A stretch of DNA of 64,000 nucleotides. Origin: Eledone cirrhosa. Its lineage: Eukaryota. The notes below the pieces were generated by a model, which saw nothing but the letters and a program-made list of their open reading frames with translations, was not told the DNA's origin and searched no databases. This document shows, one piece after another, positions 27,795 through 41,277 of the stretch. The DNA lies in NCBI GenBank assembly GCA_964016885.1, contig OZ024741.1, positions 29,202,001-29,266,000 of the forward strand. The letters run 5' to 3'. Position 1 is the first letter of the stretch. Each line of letters starts with the position of its first letter. The position numbers and the translations under genes are program-made.

Positions 27795-28131
27795 CTAGAA
27801 AGAGAGGTTTTTTTACAAAATGAAAAATAACCGAGGTGTCCTACACGAGTGAAAGTATAAAGAAAAAAGATGAAATCGAAAATGCAACTGGAGTCTTTTT
27901 TTAAAAAATATATATTTATTAGGTTCCTTTACCGGTTTCGCAGTTCTTCTGCTTTTCAAAAGTAGAATTGAGATGGAGGGTTTGTGGTTTTGTGAGAAAA
28001 ACCACAAACCCTCTATCTCAATTCTACTTTTGAAAAGCAGAAGAACTGCGAAACCGGTAAAGGAACCTAACAAATATATATTTAAAAAAAAAAAGACTCC
28101 AGTTGCATTTTCGATTTCATCTTTTTTCCTT
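27793..28131. mobile_element. Fold-back family G, HHRs at 27926-27963 (-) and 28026-28063 (+)
   Basis: Centre near 27993; ctt TTGAAAA gcag-aagaa-ctgc GAAA ccgg TA aag. Confidence 0.88.
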
Positions 28132-28202
<71 letters not shown>

Positions 28203-28206
28203 ATAT

Positions 28207-28990
28207 TAGGGTAAATATTGATGCAATTCAATTCAAGCACTCAACGTACTTTTTCCACATAGGAGTGACGGAGTAAATATCGAATAAGGAAAAGCGAAGT
28301 AGTTTCAGATGTTCAAGTCCGTTAATAATAATGCTGTGATATATATTTCAGTGACGACACTGGCCACACTGTTCTGTGTGCGAGTGTCGTGTCATCATCA
28401 GACAGCTTGTTACATAATAAGGTTATGTTTCCGAGGCAATCCAAATTGGATCGACATGGGAACGGATGAATTGCGTGTTTTGGGGTTTTTCATCCGCTCC
28501 CTTGTGAGTACCAATTCACCCCCACCGGCCTGCGCAAGCGCATGTCCGAAAGGAAGTTGACCATTAGCCACCGCAGATTTCAACGAAATTTGCTTAGTCA
28601 GTTCACCCTGTCAGCCAAAACAATGGCCCACCAATGCCTGTACCATATTTTACTGCTACCCATCACGGCTGTGGCAGTCAGCCGAGAGCCAGAGGGGATG
28701 GGAGAGTGTTAGTTTTTACAAGTCATAATACTACCCTTCACTAAGCGTTGACGGTACGACTGACCATCACCTTATAAGGGAAAATAAACTTAATTCTATG
28801 TATCATGGTTTTACGTTGGAAGTTAAGAGTGAGAGTTGGAAATAAAAATTAAAATCCTAAATCAAATATCAGAAATTATAAATTAAACAATTAAGAAATT
28901 AACAATTAGAAATTAAAGAATTAAAAAAATTCTTTTCAGGTGATAATTCGGATTGAGGTGAGTAAAAATATAGACTGAAGTGAGTAAATA
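28207..28990 (-). mobile_element. Family H element with HHR at 28333-28406
   Basis: Reverse complement: gctgt CTGATGA tgacacgacact...agtgtcgtcact GAAA tatata TC acagc. Confidence 0.85.
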
Positions 28991-29508
28991 ATATGGAGAG
29001 AGATGTTTAAGTAATATATTCTGAGAGGGATTCTAGTGTCACAGTTACTCTATCCACATATTGAACGACCGTGCCGTACATTATAACTACAGGGCTCCAG
29101 GCATTAGTCAATCTGGTACACAGTCCTAATTTCCATCACATGGAACAAAATCAAAGAAAAACAGACATAAAGTACACAAAAGTAAAAAAAACAGAACCAA
29201 TAGTGAATAAATGCAAAAACAAAGAGTACCTATATGCAAAATGATCCATATGATTGTTCATCTGTCCATGTATAGATTGAATTGAGGGGGCTTCTGTTCA
29301 AATGCGATTTGGTGCAGGAAAATAGGGGTTTATCCTATTATTTGTTTCCGCGTATTTATCCTGCCGAAAGTTACTATTATGTCCGTCCAGTGTAAGGCGT
29401 TTCCATCCCCATGGTAGAGGGAATTTCCGGGGTAGCTTATGGTTGGTTCCTCTCTTCTCCCCCATATTGGTTACATCGTAAAGCGCTCAACTAATTGGAG
29501 CTAAATTA

Positions 29509-29954
29509 TTAGGGTAAACATTGATGCAATTCAATTCAAGCACTCAACCTACTTTTTCACATAGGAGTGACGGAGTAAATATCGAATAAGGAAAAGCGAA
29601 GTAATTTCAGATGTTCAAGTCCTTTAATAATAATGCTGTGACTAAGTAAATTTTGTTGAAATCTGCGGTGGCTAATGGTCAACTTCCTTCGGACATGCAC
29701 TTGCGCAGGCCGGTGGGAGTGAATTGGTACTCACAAGGGAGCTGATGAAAAACCCCAAAACACGCAATTCATCCGTTCCCATGTCGATCCAATTTGGATT
29801 GCCTCGGAAACATAACCTTATTATGTAACATGTCTGATGATGACACGACACTCGCACACAGAACAGTGTGGTCAGTGTCGTCACTGAAATATATATCACA
29901 GCATTATTATTAAAGGACTTGAATATCTGAAACTACTTCGCTTTACCTTATTCG

Positions 29955-29957
<3 letters not shown>
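29509..29957. mobile_element. Family H fold-back (turn near 29640), HHR at 29831-29902 (+)
   Basis: 29509-29640 matches 28207-28338; 29641-29957 is the reverse complement of about 28280-28600. Confidence 0.85.
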
Positions 29958-29993
<36 letters not shown>

Positions 29994-30132
29994 GTATGTG
30001 TGTGTGTGTGTGTGTGTGTGTGAAAAGTAAAGAGGAACATATTAGTTGAACGCTTGAAATAATAGGAAGAGTCTTAACGTTTCGGAAATTAGTCTTCCAT
30101 CAGAAGATGAAATGAGAAAAAAAAGGTGAAAT

Positions 30133-30333
30133 TGGTCAGCTGAAAAGTTCGTAGGCTGAAATGTTCAGAAACTGATCAAGATACTCTCATGGAATGACCA
30201 AATGAAGTTTAATTTTAAGCCTAACTCATGGAAAGAAACAATTCAGTTATTAATAAGACGATTTGAAATTAATGGATGCAAGATTTCACAGCTCTAGCAT
30301 CTATACTTTTTAAGCACATTTTAGCTGAACCTC

Positions 30334-30335
<2 letters not shown>
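30133..30335. mobile_element. Decayed mariner-like MITE
   Basis: Imperfect TIRs ggtcagctgaaaagttc / cattttagctgaacctcgt. Confidence 0.4.
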
Positions 30336-30378
<43 letters not shown>

Positions 30379-30508
30379 TAGACACATATATGTATAGACA
30401 CACACACATATAGTTTAATGGATTGTAACCATATATTACTGTTGGTTCACCAACTTGAGCTGATCAATCGCGAAACTTAATGGTGACACCTCGTTCTTAC
30501 TTATAAAT

Positions 30509-30609
<101 letters not shown>

Positions 30610-30956
30610 GGTATTAGGATTGGTGCTCTGAAATAGCGATGTATACATGAATGTATGTATAGTATATTTCGCAATATGCCGTATGTTTAATTAAAAATAT
30701 TTTGAAGACCTTGCGCTATCCATTTTAAAGTAGTGACTATGTCACTTACTTTTTTTCGGCAAAAGAAGGGAGAGAAGCTGACAGATTCTGTTTCACACTG
30801 TTGGTGATCATCAGAGCAACGTACTCCATCTCCTCTCCCTTCTTCTGCTGAAAAAAAAGAAGTGACATATTCACTACTTTCAAAATAATAGCGCAAGGTT
30901 TTCAAATTGTTTTTATTTAAACATACGGTATATTGCCAAATATACTATACATACAT

Positions 30957-30960
<4 letters not shown>
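30610..30960. mobile_element. Fold-back family U with canonical GUC HHR at 30777-30817 (-)
   Basis: Arms about 30648-30697 and 30910-30959; reverse complement gct CTGATGA tcac-caaca-gtgt GAAA cag-aat-ctg TC agc; tail copy at 55829-55918. Confidence 0.8.
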
Positions 30961-30985
<25 letters not shown>

Positions 30986-30987
<2 letters not shown>

Positions 30988-32565
30988 GCCCAGAGCACTG
31001 GGGAGATCAGGCGGCTGTTTGAGGAACTGGATGTTGAGACAGAGCCCTTCACCAGAGAGGAGCTTCAGAGAGCCAAGAAGAGGATCAAGGAGGGCAAGGC
31101 TCATGGAGAAGATGGAGTGGCATCAGAGGGGATGAAGAGGTGTGATTTTGATGATATCATCCTGGGGTTCCGTAACGGGGCACTGGAGAAAGGAGTTGCC
31201 CCGAATCAGTGGAGGATCAGTAACATCGTCCCAGTGCCAAAGAAGGGAGATCTCTCTAACACCAACAACTACCGAGGGATCTCACTGACGTCACTTGTGG
31301 CAAAGACCCTCAACAGGATGATTCTTAACAGGATCCAGCCTGAGATGGAGAAGAAGCTCAGGGACAACCAAAACGGCTTCAGAGAGGGTAGATCAACCAC
31401 CAGTCACATCCTGATGCTGAGGAGGATATTAGAGGGAGCTAGAGCAAAGTGCCTTCCTGGGGTCATGGTTTTCATTGACTTTAGGAAGGCCTTTGATTCT
31501 GTGGACCGTTACTGCCTGATGAAGATCTTACAGGCTTATGGAATCCCCAAGAGGATAGTGGACCTGATATCACTGCTCTACACCAACACCAAAGCCCAAG
31601 TCATTACACCTGATGGGATGACAGAGTTCTTTGAGATACTGGCTGGAGTGCTCCAGGGAGATACATTGGCTCCCTACCTTTTTATCATCGTAGTGGACTA
31701 TTGTATGCGCCTTGCACTGGAGAAACACCAGGACTCTGGCTTTATTGTAGCACCGGCTCAGAGCAGGAGAGTTAGGGCGAAAAAGGTATCGGATGCTGAA
31801 TTTGCCCACGACATAGTTTTGGTGACAAATACAGTGAGGGAGGCAGAGGATATGATGCGGGAGGTTGAGAATGTGTCGATGAGTGTGGGGCTGAGAATGA
31901 ATGAGACTAAAACAAAATATCTGGTAGAGAATGTTGAGAAGCCAGAGGGGATCACTAATGTAGGCGGGAAGCCGCTGGAATTGGTTGAGGACTTCCTGTA
32001 TTTGGGAGCAAAGATTGGGAATACGGAGGATGATGTGGTTGAGAGGAAGAGCAAGGCCTGGGCGGCGTGCCACAGCTTGAGATCGGTGTGGAAGTCGGAC
32101 CTTCGTAGAGACCTGAAAATCCGCCTTTTCATTGTTGTAGTGGAGTCTGTGCTGCTGTATGGATCTGAGACTTGGACACTGACCAAGAAACTCACTCAGA
32201 TGGTGGATGGGTACTACACGAGAATGCTGAGGATGGCTCTGAACATTAATCAGTATACACTGAGGATGAAAAACTCAGAGCTGTATGGGAGCATCCCAAA
32301 AGTCAGCTCAAAAGTGACACAGAGGAGACTGAGGTTAGCTGGACATGCTCACCGACATCCAGAGTTGACATTGCACTCAGTACTCCTTTGGGAGCCCCTA
32401 CATGGACACACTAGAAGAGGAAGACCAAGGTTAACGTATGTTGATGCCCTAAGGACAGACACTGGTCTGTTGGAGACGCAGGACATGGCAGCGATAATGA
32501 GGGACAGAGACCGCTGGAGAGAACTCGTCCATGGATCTCGGGAATTTTACTCGCCTTAGATAGAT
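30986..32565 (+). mobile_element. RTE-clade LINE, 5'-truncated, open RT frame to 32559
   Basis: PKKGDLSNTNNYRGISL, QNGFREGRST, FIDFRKAFDS, GVLQGDTLAP, catalytic motif mutated to FAHD, LYGSETW, GRPRLTY; tagataga tail; sits in (TA)n. Confidence 0.92.
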
Positions 32566-32569
32566 ATAT

Positions 32570-33392
32570 AACAAAAAGTTATCGCTCTACATGGCTGCAT
32601 ACAATAATTGTAATGAGTTTTTCGAATATTAATAATAATATTCGAATCGCTTGCAGATTACCTTTATTGTATTCTGTCATGTAGAGCGATAATTTTATTT
32701 ATTTATTTGAATATGGCAAAACGGGCCATTAATCGCTCGTATGCATGAAACTGACTGGCCAGTCTGCTGATATGCGAATCTGACTGATCAGTGGATCTGC
32801 TAATATGCAGACCTGACTGATCAGCTGGTCTGCCAATATGAAAATGAAGCCGGTCAGTAACTGTATATTTTCACTAACTCTGACAGTTGGCATGGGAACT
32901 GATGAAGGTTAATACCCAGAAACATTAGTGTCTGCAGTTCTGTTTACATGCCAACACAAGAGCAAGAATGAGGGGCTCATTCTACTGACATGGCTTAAAA
33001 GAGGCTGTTTTCATAATTGCAAACGAATTGAATATCATTATTAATATTCGAAAATCCCGCCGAGGTTGACTTTGCCTTTCATCCTTACGGGGTCGATAAA
33101 ATAAAGTACCAGTAATGAACTGGGTATTTGCTGGCCTTGTGTCTAAAGTAGAAACAATTATTAATATTCGAAAAAGGGCGGTGGATTGGCAGTATCGGTA
33201 GAGGGTTGGACACCATGCTTTGCAGCAAAGAGTTACGGCCCTTCATGGTCTGAGTTCAAATCCCGCCAAGGTTAACTTTGCTTTTCCTCTTTATGGGGTG
33301 GATAAAATAAAGTACCAGTAATACACTGGGATAATTGCTGGCTTTGTGCCAAAAGTAGAAACAATTATTAATATTCGAAAAACTCAGATTAC
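32570..33392. mobile_element. Fold-back family Q with weak HHR core (32899-32932), interrupted by two SINEs
   Basis: Palindrome 32575-32695 centred near 32635; its central sequence recurs at 33020-33392; CTGATGA agg..cca GAAA cattagtg TC. Confidence 0.55.
33055..33363 (+). mobile_element. Tandem SINE pair with thrice-repeated TSD attattaatattcgaaaa
   Basis: TSD near 33038, 33156 and 33364. Confidence 0.88.
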
Positions 33393-34169
33393 ATATATAT
33401 ATTCCTTTTATTAAGGCTAAATAATGAGTCTTGTAACTCTAGAGTTTCGACTGTTTATCACTGTGTATGTGAAATTTGTATGTATATGTCTACACATATA
33501 CACACAGCCAAACAAAAAAAAAAAAAAGAAACAGTGTGAAACTATTCTGCATTCTTACGAACACAAATAAACTGCCCTACGAACACAAATAAACTGCTGA
33601 ACGAAATCACGATTCTTAAATTAAACAAGCTGGCTTGATTAAAGCTCTCTTGATATAATTCTATAGCAATTCTTCAGTGTTAGATGAAATTGCTACAAAA
33701 TGTCGAATTGAATGTGCTTTGGTCGTTTCTCTGCAAAGATAATTACAGGGAAGCCAAGTCATTGTAAATGAGTCGCTCTTTTTCTTCTCTTTCTGACAGT
33801 ATAAATAGTTCTGAAAGGCTGAGGCTATCCATTATTGGTATTTTAAAAACGTGGAGTTAGCAGTGACAATTCCATTGAATTCTGTATTAAATACATTCCT
33901 CTATATTTAGTTAATCTCTATCCCTGCTTTTTGATTTCTGTATTGAAATCCCTACGGGGTCAGGTTAAGTCTTTCATTAATACGCACAAATGGATTAATC
34001 AAGTCACTGTCAGAAATTGTATGTGGTTGATGGAACTGTTAGAAACAACAACCAAATCTACCCCAAATTAAACACTAACTTTATTAAAAAATGATTAGAA
34101 TAGAAACAGATGTATTTGTAGATATACATCCTCACCCAAATATATAAAAATATATAAGGTATATATATA

Positions 34170-34328
34170 GAACTCAATACTTAGGGTAGTAGAGTGGGAA
34201 TAGGAAAAAGTATGACCCCGACGGCAGAGCTCAACCCGTTTCGACGGCTATTTCTGGACTGAAATATTTCTGGACACAGAAATAACCGTCGAAACGGCTC
34301 GAGCTTTGCCGTCGGGGTCATACTTTTT

Positions 34329-34332
<4 letters not shown>
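34170..34332. mobile_element. Mini fold-back of the family B HHR 3' half
   Basis: gaaaaagtatgaccccgacggc...gccgtcggggtcatactttttcc; turn inside the stem II loop near 34265. Confidence 0.8.
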
Positions 34333-34376
<44 letters not shown>

Positions 34377-34378
34377 GG

Positions 34379-34482
<104 letters not shown>

Positions 34483-34506
34483 GGTATATATATATATATA
34501 TATATG

Positions 34507-34549
<43 letters not shown>

Positions 34550-34555
34550 AGTAAA

Positions 34556-34615
<60 letters not shown>

Positions 34616-34753
34616 AGGGTGAAAGCAGCGATTCTTTGCTTAAACTTTAATCTGTTATTTTAATAAATATTTTCTCTACAGTTCTCATATATTTGATATA
34701 TATTTATCCTTATCGAGCCCTCTTTGGATTTTAGTCTTCAAATTTATTATTAT

Positions 34754-34802
<49 letters not shown>

Positions 34803-34807
<5 letters not shown>

Positions 34808-35934
34808 GTAGAACGCTGGAAGGTAATATCCGTAGTGGTAGACCAGTCAGTCCATGGGACGAGTTAGGTAGTAGTCGTTACACAACAGTTAGTTTACCAT
34901 ACCGAATATCGAGAACAACTGTTTCACTTTAGCGGATCCCCAGCTCGTAATGGACATGGTTATACGGAACAGGAAGGACAACTGTATAAACGCGCATGAG
35001 CAGAAACGGTCAATTCACACAGGCAATACTAAATTGCGTGCGAGAGGCGTAAGGGAGATAACTGTGAAAGTGCGAAAGTTTCTAGTTGATGAGAAAATTA
35101 GGATGTTGTAATTCAATCCGGAGCTTTGTAGTTATGTAAGAAGTGTTTCCAGACGTGTGGACAACGAGTGAAGAATTCAAATCTTGAGTTTAGGCAATCG
35201 CTATTGCGTAATCTCTATAGAATATTTATTCGTTCATCAATACATAGTCCACACGACGGATTGCCCCTTGCGTATGGCTTGGACTTAGTGATGGCGTTCC
35301 ATTGAATGGAGTAGTCTATACTTGAGTCCTTGAGGGACCATACGTGGCTCGCGAGTTTCGTGGATGAATGTCTGTCCGGGTACCTAAAGGTCGACTCGTG
35401 GTTCAGGAAGCGTTCCTTAAATCGGCCCTCCGCCATACCCACATAGGATTTGACCTCTTGTGGTTGATTTGGTCGGTTGGAAATGACCACAGCTTCATAA
35501 ACTACAACGAGTGTGTTGCATTGCTGTTGAAGGGGACAAGCTTCCGGCTTTCGGCAAGAGGACTCTGGCATATTGATGAACGAATAAATATTCTAAAGAG
35601 ATTACGCAATAGCTATTGCCTAAACTCAAGAAATGATTCTTCACACGTTGTCGACACGTCTGGAAACACCTCTTACATAACTACAAAGATCCGTATTGAA
35701 TTACAACAACATCCTAATTTTCTCATCAACTAGAAACTTTCGGACTTTCGCAGTTATCTCCCTTACACCACTCGCACGCAATTTAGTATTGCCTGTGTGA
35801 AGTGACCGCTTCTGCGCATGCGCATTCGTACGGTTGTCCTTCCTGTTCCGTATAACCTTGTCCATTACGAACTGAGGATCAGCTAAGGTGAAACAATTGT
35901 TCTCGGTATGGTGAACTAACTGTTGTGTAACCAC

Positions 35935-35938
<4 letters not shown>
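34803..35938. mobile_element. PLE family V: GIY-YIG 3' end on minus (34803-35571) plus inverted copy (35572-35938)
   Basis: ORF 35215-35571 CPLQQQC..VVYEA..YVGMAEGRFKERF..CGLC; HHR-like motifs at 34910-34947 (-) and 35868-35905 (+); tail copy at 58762-58908. Confidence 0.88.
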
Positions 35939-35989
<51 letters not shown>

Positions 35990-35996
<7 letters not shown>

Positions 35997-36352
35997 GTGA
36001 GGTTTTTTTTACAAAATGAAAAATAACCGAGGTGTCCTACACGAGTGGAAGTATAAAGAAAAAGGGATGAAATCGAAAATGCAACTGAAGTCTTATTTTT
36101 TTTTAAAATATATATATTTATTTGGTTCCTTTACCGGTTTCGCAGTTCTTCTGCTTTTCAAAAGGTGAGTTGAGATGGAGGGTCTGTGGTTTTTCTCACA
36201 TCTCACATGAGAAAAACCACAGACCCTCCATCTCAACTCACCTTTTGAAAAGCAGAAGAACTGCGAAACCGGTAAAGGAACCAAATAAATATATATATTT
36301 AAAAAAAAAATAAGACTTCAGTTGCATTTTCGATTTCATCCCTTTTTCTTTA
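35990..36352. mobile_element. Fold-back family G, second locus; HHRs at 36128-36165 (-) and 36241-36278 (+)
   Basis: cctt TTGAAAA gcag-aagaa-ctgc GAAA ccgg TA aagg; centre near 36203. Confidence 0.88.
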
Positions 36353-36401
36353 TATATATATATATATAGTATATATATAGTATATATATATATATATATA
36401 T

Positions 36402-36477
<76 letters not shown>

Positions 36478-37023
36478 ACCAGTTGCCGCAATATCCGTTT
36501 GTATTTCTTACCTTAATTGATTCTTTTAAATTGAGTCTGGCAAACCCTATTGTTCATAATTAGTTTCACCCTAGCGAATCTGGTTCCTTACGATTTGAAC
36601 ACATATATGTATATATCTATGTTTATCTCTCTTTTATATTCAATTATATTACACGGCCCGGAAAAATCTCTTGTCAGGAGCTATTTAATTGTAAGAGACT
36701 TGAAAGAGATTTGAGTTTCTAACTTATATATACCTTTGATAAATAAATATATATATATATTGTCCCACCCTTGCAAGCAGGGAAAAGCGGACGTAAAATG
36801 ATGAATGAAAAAATGGATGATATATATATATATATATATACAAAATTAAAATTAAGGGTTGTCATGTCTGAGAGACATGCACCATATCCACTGTAGAATA
36901 AGCTCAAAAATTAGATCCGAGCATTACATATCAACTAGAAATAGATTGACATATATATATATATAAAATAAACATATGAAACAATCACAGGGAGTAATTT
37001 GTAAAGAATGTAAGCACACATAG

Positions 37024-37067
<44 letters not shown>

Positions 37068-39255
37068 CGAAGGAAATGTGGTAAGGAACCAGGTGGACCA
37101 TAACGCACCAAAGTACTCAATACTTGGGATAGTAGAGTGGGTAATAGGAACCAGTAAGACCCCGACGGCTGAGCTGAAGCCGTTTCGACGGCTAATTCTG
37201 GACTAAATGAAAATTTATCCTGGTATTTAAATAGCCGATCTTCTCAAGGGGTAATTCCATATATGGTCAAAGTGATTGTCAAAAGTCAGTAGTAATTCTG
37301 TGATTGCAAATTAGTAGAGGAGATGGTGGCTAAACCTGCCAGTAGGAGAAAGAGGGGAGGGGTGGAGTAGATCCAATCAAGCGTTGGTAGTGCCAGCTAC
37401 AGCTGGGTATGAGGTCAAAGAAGATACTGGGGAGGGGGAGGGGGAGGAAGTCGGAACGGTAGGTAGAACAATGAGGGGTAAAAATATATATGAAAGAAAA
37501 AATACTGAGAGTGAAGAAAAGCGAATAAGTGTAAAGAAAAAAGTAAAGCAAGTTCTACGAACTATGTCTCTAGCTATTGTTAGGCTAGATAAATAAATAA
37601 ATAAAGAAAGAAAGAAGTAAAGAAAGAAATAAAGAAATAACGAAATAAGTAAATGAACTAGGTGGGACGGAATAGGCAAGGACCCTTTTAAGAGGTATAA
37701 GTACGTAAATCATACGGTGACGGGTCAACAAATGGGGCCAAAATACTAAAGAGACTACCACGAAATAAATAATAAAGGTTTCTATCCCGGGCACAATGCC
37801 AGCAACCACCCAGTGCAGCAAAGTAAACTAGGACGAGATAATAATTCTGAGTCCCGAAAAAAATATATACTAATGTTAACTCTAAAAGATCTTAAACAAG
37901 CTACATGAAAGTTCGTACGAAGTAAAGGTAGAATACGGAAAAATATATTCAGAATCCACCCCGCCCAAAAGAAAAGCGTAGAAAGAAATACTGAAACGAG
38001 AAAATGAGGCATACGTGCCACTAAGAAATATAGAAGGCACGGAAAATAGTGGGAGCGGTCGGAAAAAGGGGGCAAGTATCCGGGGTCTAAACCCACTGCT
38101 ATAAAAAGCGGAGTCCGCCAAATCTATCATAGACTAGGGGAGGGGGTGGGGGTACTAAGGCTACAAGGGGCCAAAGGGCAGCCTCGGGTGGGCGAGAAAA
38201 GACGTCGACAAAGAAGAAGAGCTGGGGTAGAAGGACTAAGGAGGGATGGGGGGAAGGAAATAAAGTAAGCGATAAAATAATAAAAAGAAGATCTTACGTC
38301 TCCCTTGGCAAGCAGGGGTTACCCATTGCAAAATCGGCAAGTGGGGTGTTATGGCCCTAGTCTACCCCCCCGGGTCATTATGGGGTCTGAGGGCGAGGTA
38401 AGTCCTACGCAATCTATGTTTACATGCAGTAACCAGTTCATCTTTCTTGTTTAGGAGTTGGTCCGTCGAAAACAGCATTTGTAAAGTTTCCTCCGAGCAT
38501 CAATTGCACGGACGGCATCCTCCCGTGTAAGAATTGGCTCTGGACAGTAATCTCCAAGTGAGATCATAGGTGATGTTGTTGTCCTTGAGGTCCCATATGT
38601 GGCCCGAAAGTGTAGTGGCGTGACGCCGGGCTGGGTTTCGGAAGGTATGTCTATGTTGGTATAGCCGGGTCTTGAAGTCACATGCGGTAAGTCCTATACA
38701 GGCTTTGTTGGAGGTATGCGTCCTCACGTTGCACTGGTAGATCACATTACGGTCTCTGCATCTATTGTCGAGTGGGCAAATGGATCTATCCGGACAGTTA
38801 CATCTCCTGGTCGGTTCTCCACTGCTATTTAGGTTATTTCTGCCATCGGGGTTGAGTTTTTTGTTGTTAGAGGAGACGATGTTTTGTGCGAAGTTTGGTG
38901 TAGTGCTGTAAGAGAGTTTGATGGTATTTTTGTTAATTATGTTGTGGTAGCGGTGTTGTAGTGGGAAGTGTTTTTCAATGAGCCTAAAGAATAGTTTCCC
39001 GATGGGAGTTGTCACCTCTGCGTTGTGGGGAGGATTGAACCATGTTACACTGCGTGAGCGGCGGTGTCTCCTGCTGGTTCCGCTAATGGGAGCTAGGACA
39101 GTAGGATATTTCCTCACGGAAACCACTCCGCTTGAGGGCCTTGTTGTAATAAGGCGCATGTTCATCGAAAATCCGCTCATTAGCTGACAAACGGGATATG
39201 CGGAGGGAGATGTCTTTTCTATGACAGATATTGGAGGGTTATGCGGAGGGAGAAC

Positions 39256-41277
39256 TTTTTTCTATGACAGATATTGCGACAACCAGGACTTCGGCACCAA
39301 GGAGAGATTCGTATTTATTACCTACAAATCTCCGCCCCGAACCCCTTGCTCTCACCCTTCGAGAATGACCTCTTCCAACTGGTCAAGAACATTAAATTTA
39401 AACCCAGACAAAACCGATTCCTACAAAAACTCCGTAGCAACTTAACAGAGTATGATAACACCAATGACATCATGGTGCATTCGGATAAAACTGGGAACCT
39501 ATAGTTTGTCAACCATGACAGATACCACACACTGATCAGGAGCAGCCTAAACTCCACCTATAAAAAGGCCAACCACTCTTGCATCGAGGACATAAATCGA
39601 GATGGACAACAAATTACCTCCAGCCTCGGGGTCGCCGACCGCACGGAACCTCTAGACCCACGGACACCATACTTCACACTGAAGGACCATAAATCCGATT
39701 TTGACCGTAAACCCTCTATCAGGCTTATTAACCCAACGAAGTCCGACATAGGGAGAATCAGCAAAATAATCCTAGACCACGTGATACCAAAAGTCAAGCA
39801 ACACGCCCGACTTAGCCTATGGAAGTAATCTCATGGTTCAGCAATATGGAGGATAACCGAGACACTAAATACATACAGTTCGACATAGAGAGCTACTATG
39901 CTTCAATCACCTTACCGCTACTTACTGCCGCCTTGGACTTCGCCGAAACACTTGTGCCCATCACCGACCAGGAAAGAAAAATCATCCTCCACGCCAGGAA
40001 GACAGTCTTACTCTTTGACGACTCTAAATGGATAAAAAGAGCTCCCGACTCACCCTTCGACGTCAGCATGGGCGCCACGGATTCGGCGGAGGTCACAGAT
40101 CTTATAGGATTATTCCTAATAGCCAAACTCACTGATATGTTTCCTGCATTCGGTGGTGGATTGTACCGTTATGATGGGCTCCTTACCCTTAAAGGGTACA
40201 ACCCCAGTAGTACAGATCGGGTCCGGAAACAATTAATCAGCTTCTTCCGCGACGGGGGATTTAAAATAACCCTACAGACGTCCCTGACCCGAGTAAACTT
40301 CCTGGACGTGACCCTCGACCTCGAAAACGACCTGTACTACCCATACAGGAAACCTAATGACAACCTGCACTACATCCACCGCCGATCAAACCCTCCTAGG
40401 AACATCACAAACAACCTGGTCAAAAACATCTCCCTCCGCATATCCCGTTTGTCAGCTAATGAGCGGATTTTCGATGAACATGCGCCTTATTACAACAAGG
40501 CCCTCAAGCGGAGTGGTTTCCGGGAGGAAATATCCTACTGTCCAGCTCCCATTAGCGGAACCAGGAGGAGACACCGCCGCTCACGCAATGTAACATGGTT
40601 CAATCCTCCCCACAACGCAGAGGTGACAACTCCCATCGGGAAACTATTCTTTAGGCTCATTGAAAAACACTTCCCACTACAACACCGCTACCACAACATA
40701 ATTAACAAAAATACCATCAAACTCTCTTACAGCACTACACCAAACTTCGCACAAAACATCGTCTCCTCTAACAACAAAAAACTCAACCCCGATGGCAGAA
40801 ATAACCCAAATAGCAGTGGAGAACCGACCAGGAGATGTAACTGTCCAGATAGATCCATTTGCCCACTCGACAATAGATGCAGAGACCGTAATGTGATCTA
40901 CCAGTGCAACGTGAGGACGGATACCTCCAACAAAGCCTATATAGGACTTACCGCATGTGACTTCAAGACCCGGCTATACCAACATAGATATACCTTCCGA
41001 AACCCAGCCCAGCGTCACGCCACTACACTTTAGGGCCACATATGGGACCTCAAGGACAACAACATCACCTATGATCTCACTTGGAGATTACTGTCCAGAG
41101 CCAATTCTTACACGGGAGGACGCCGTCCGTGCAATTTATGCTCGGAGGAAACTTTACAAATGCTGTTTTCGACGGACCAACTCCTAAACAAGAAAGATGA
41201 ACTGGTTACTGCATGTAAACATAGATTGCGTAGGACTTACCTCGCCCTCAAAGCCCATAATTACCTGGTGGGGTAGA
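39256..41277 (+). pseudogene. Disrupted PLE RT-GIY-YIG ORF
   Basis: Frameshifts near 39330 and 39820, stops at 39502 and 41031, YRDD mutated to YRYD. Confidence 0.88.

Noticed and set aside
28309-28560. Recurrent 75-98 aa ORFs (also 29672 and 55094)
   Set aside because: Antisense readings of the family H ribozyme element; frames and ends differ between copies.
30907-32559. Active or domesticated 550-aa RT gene
   Set aside because: The N-terminus is read through a TA tract, the endonuclease is missing and the catalytic DD is mutated (FAHD).
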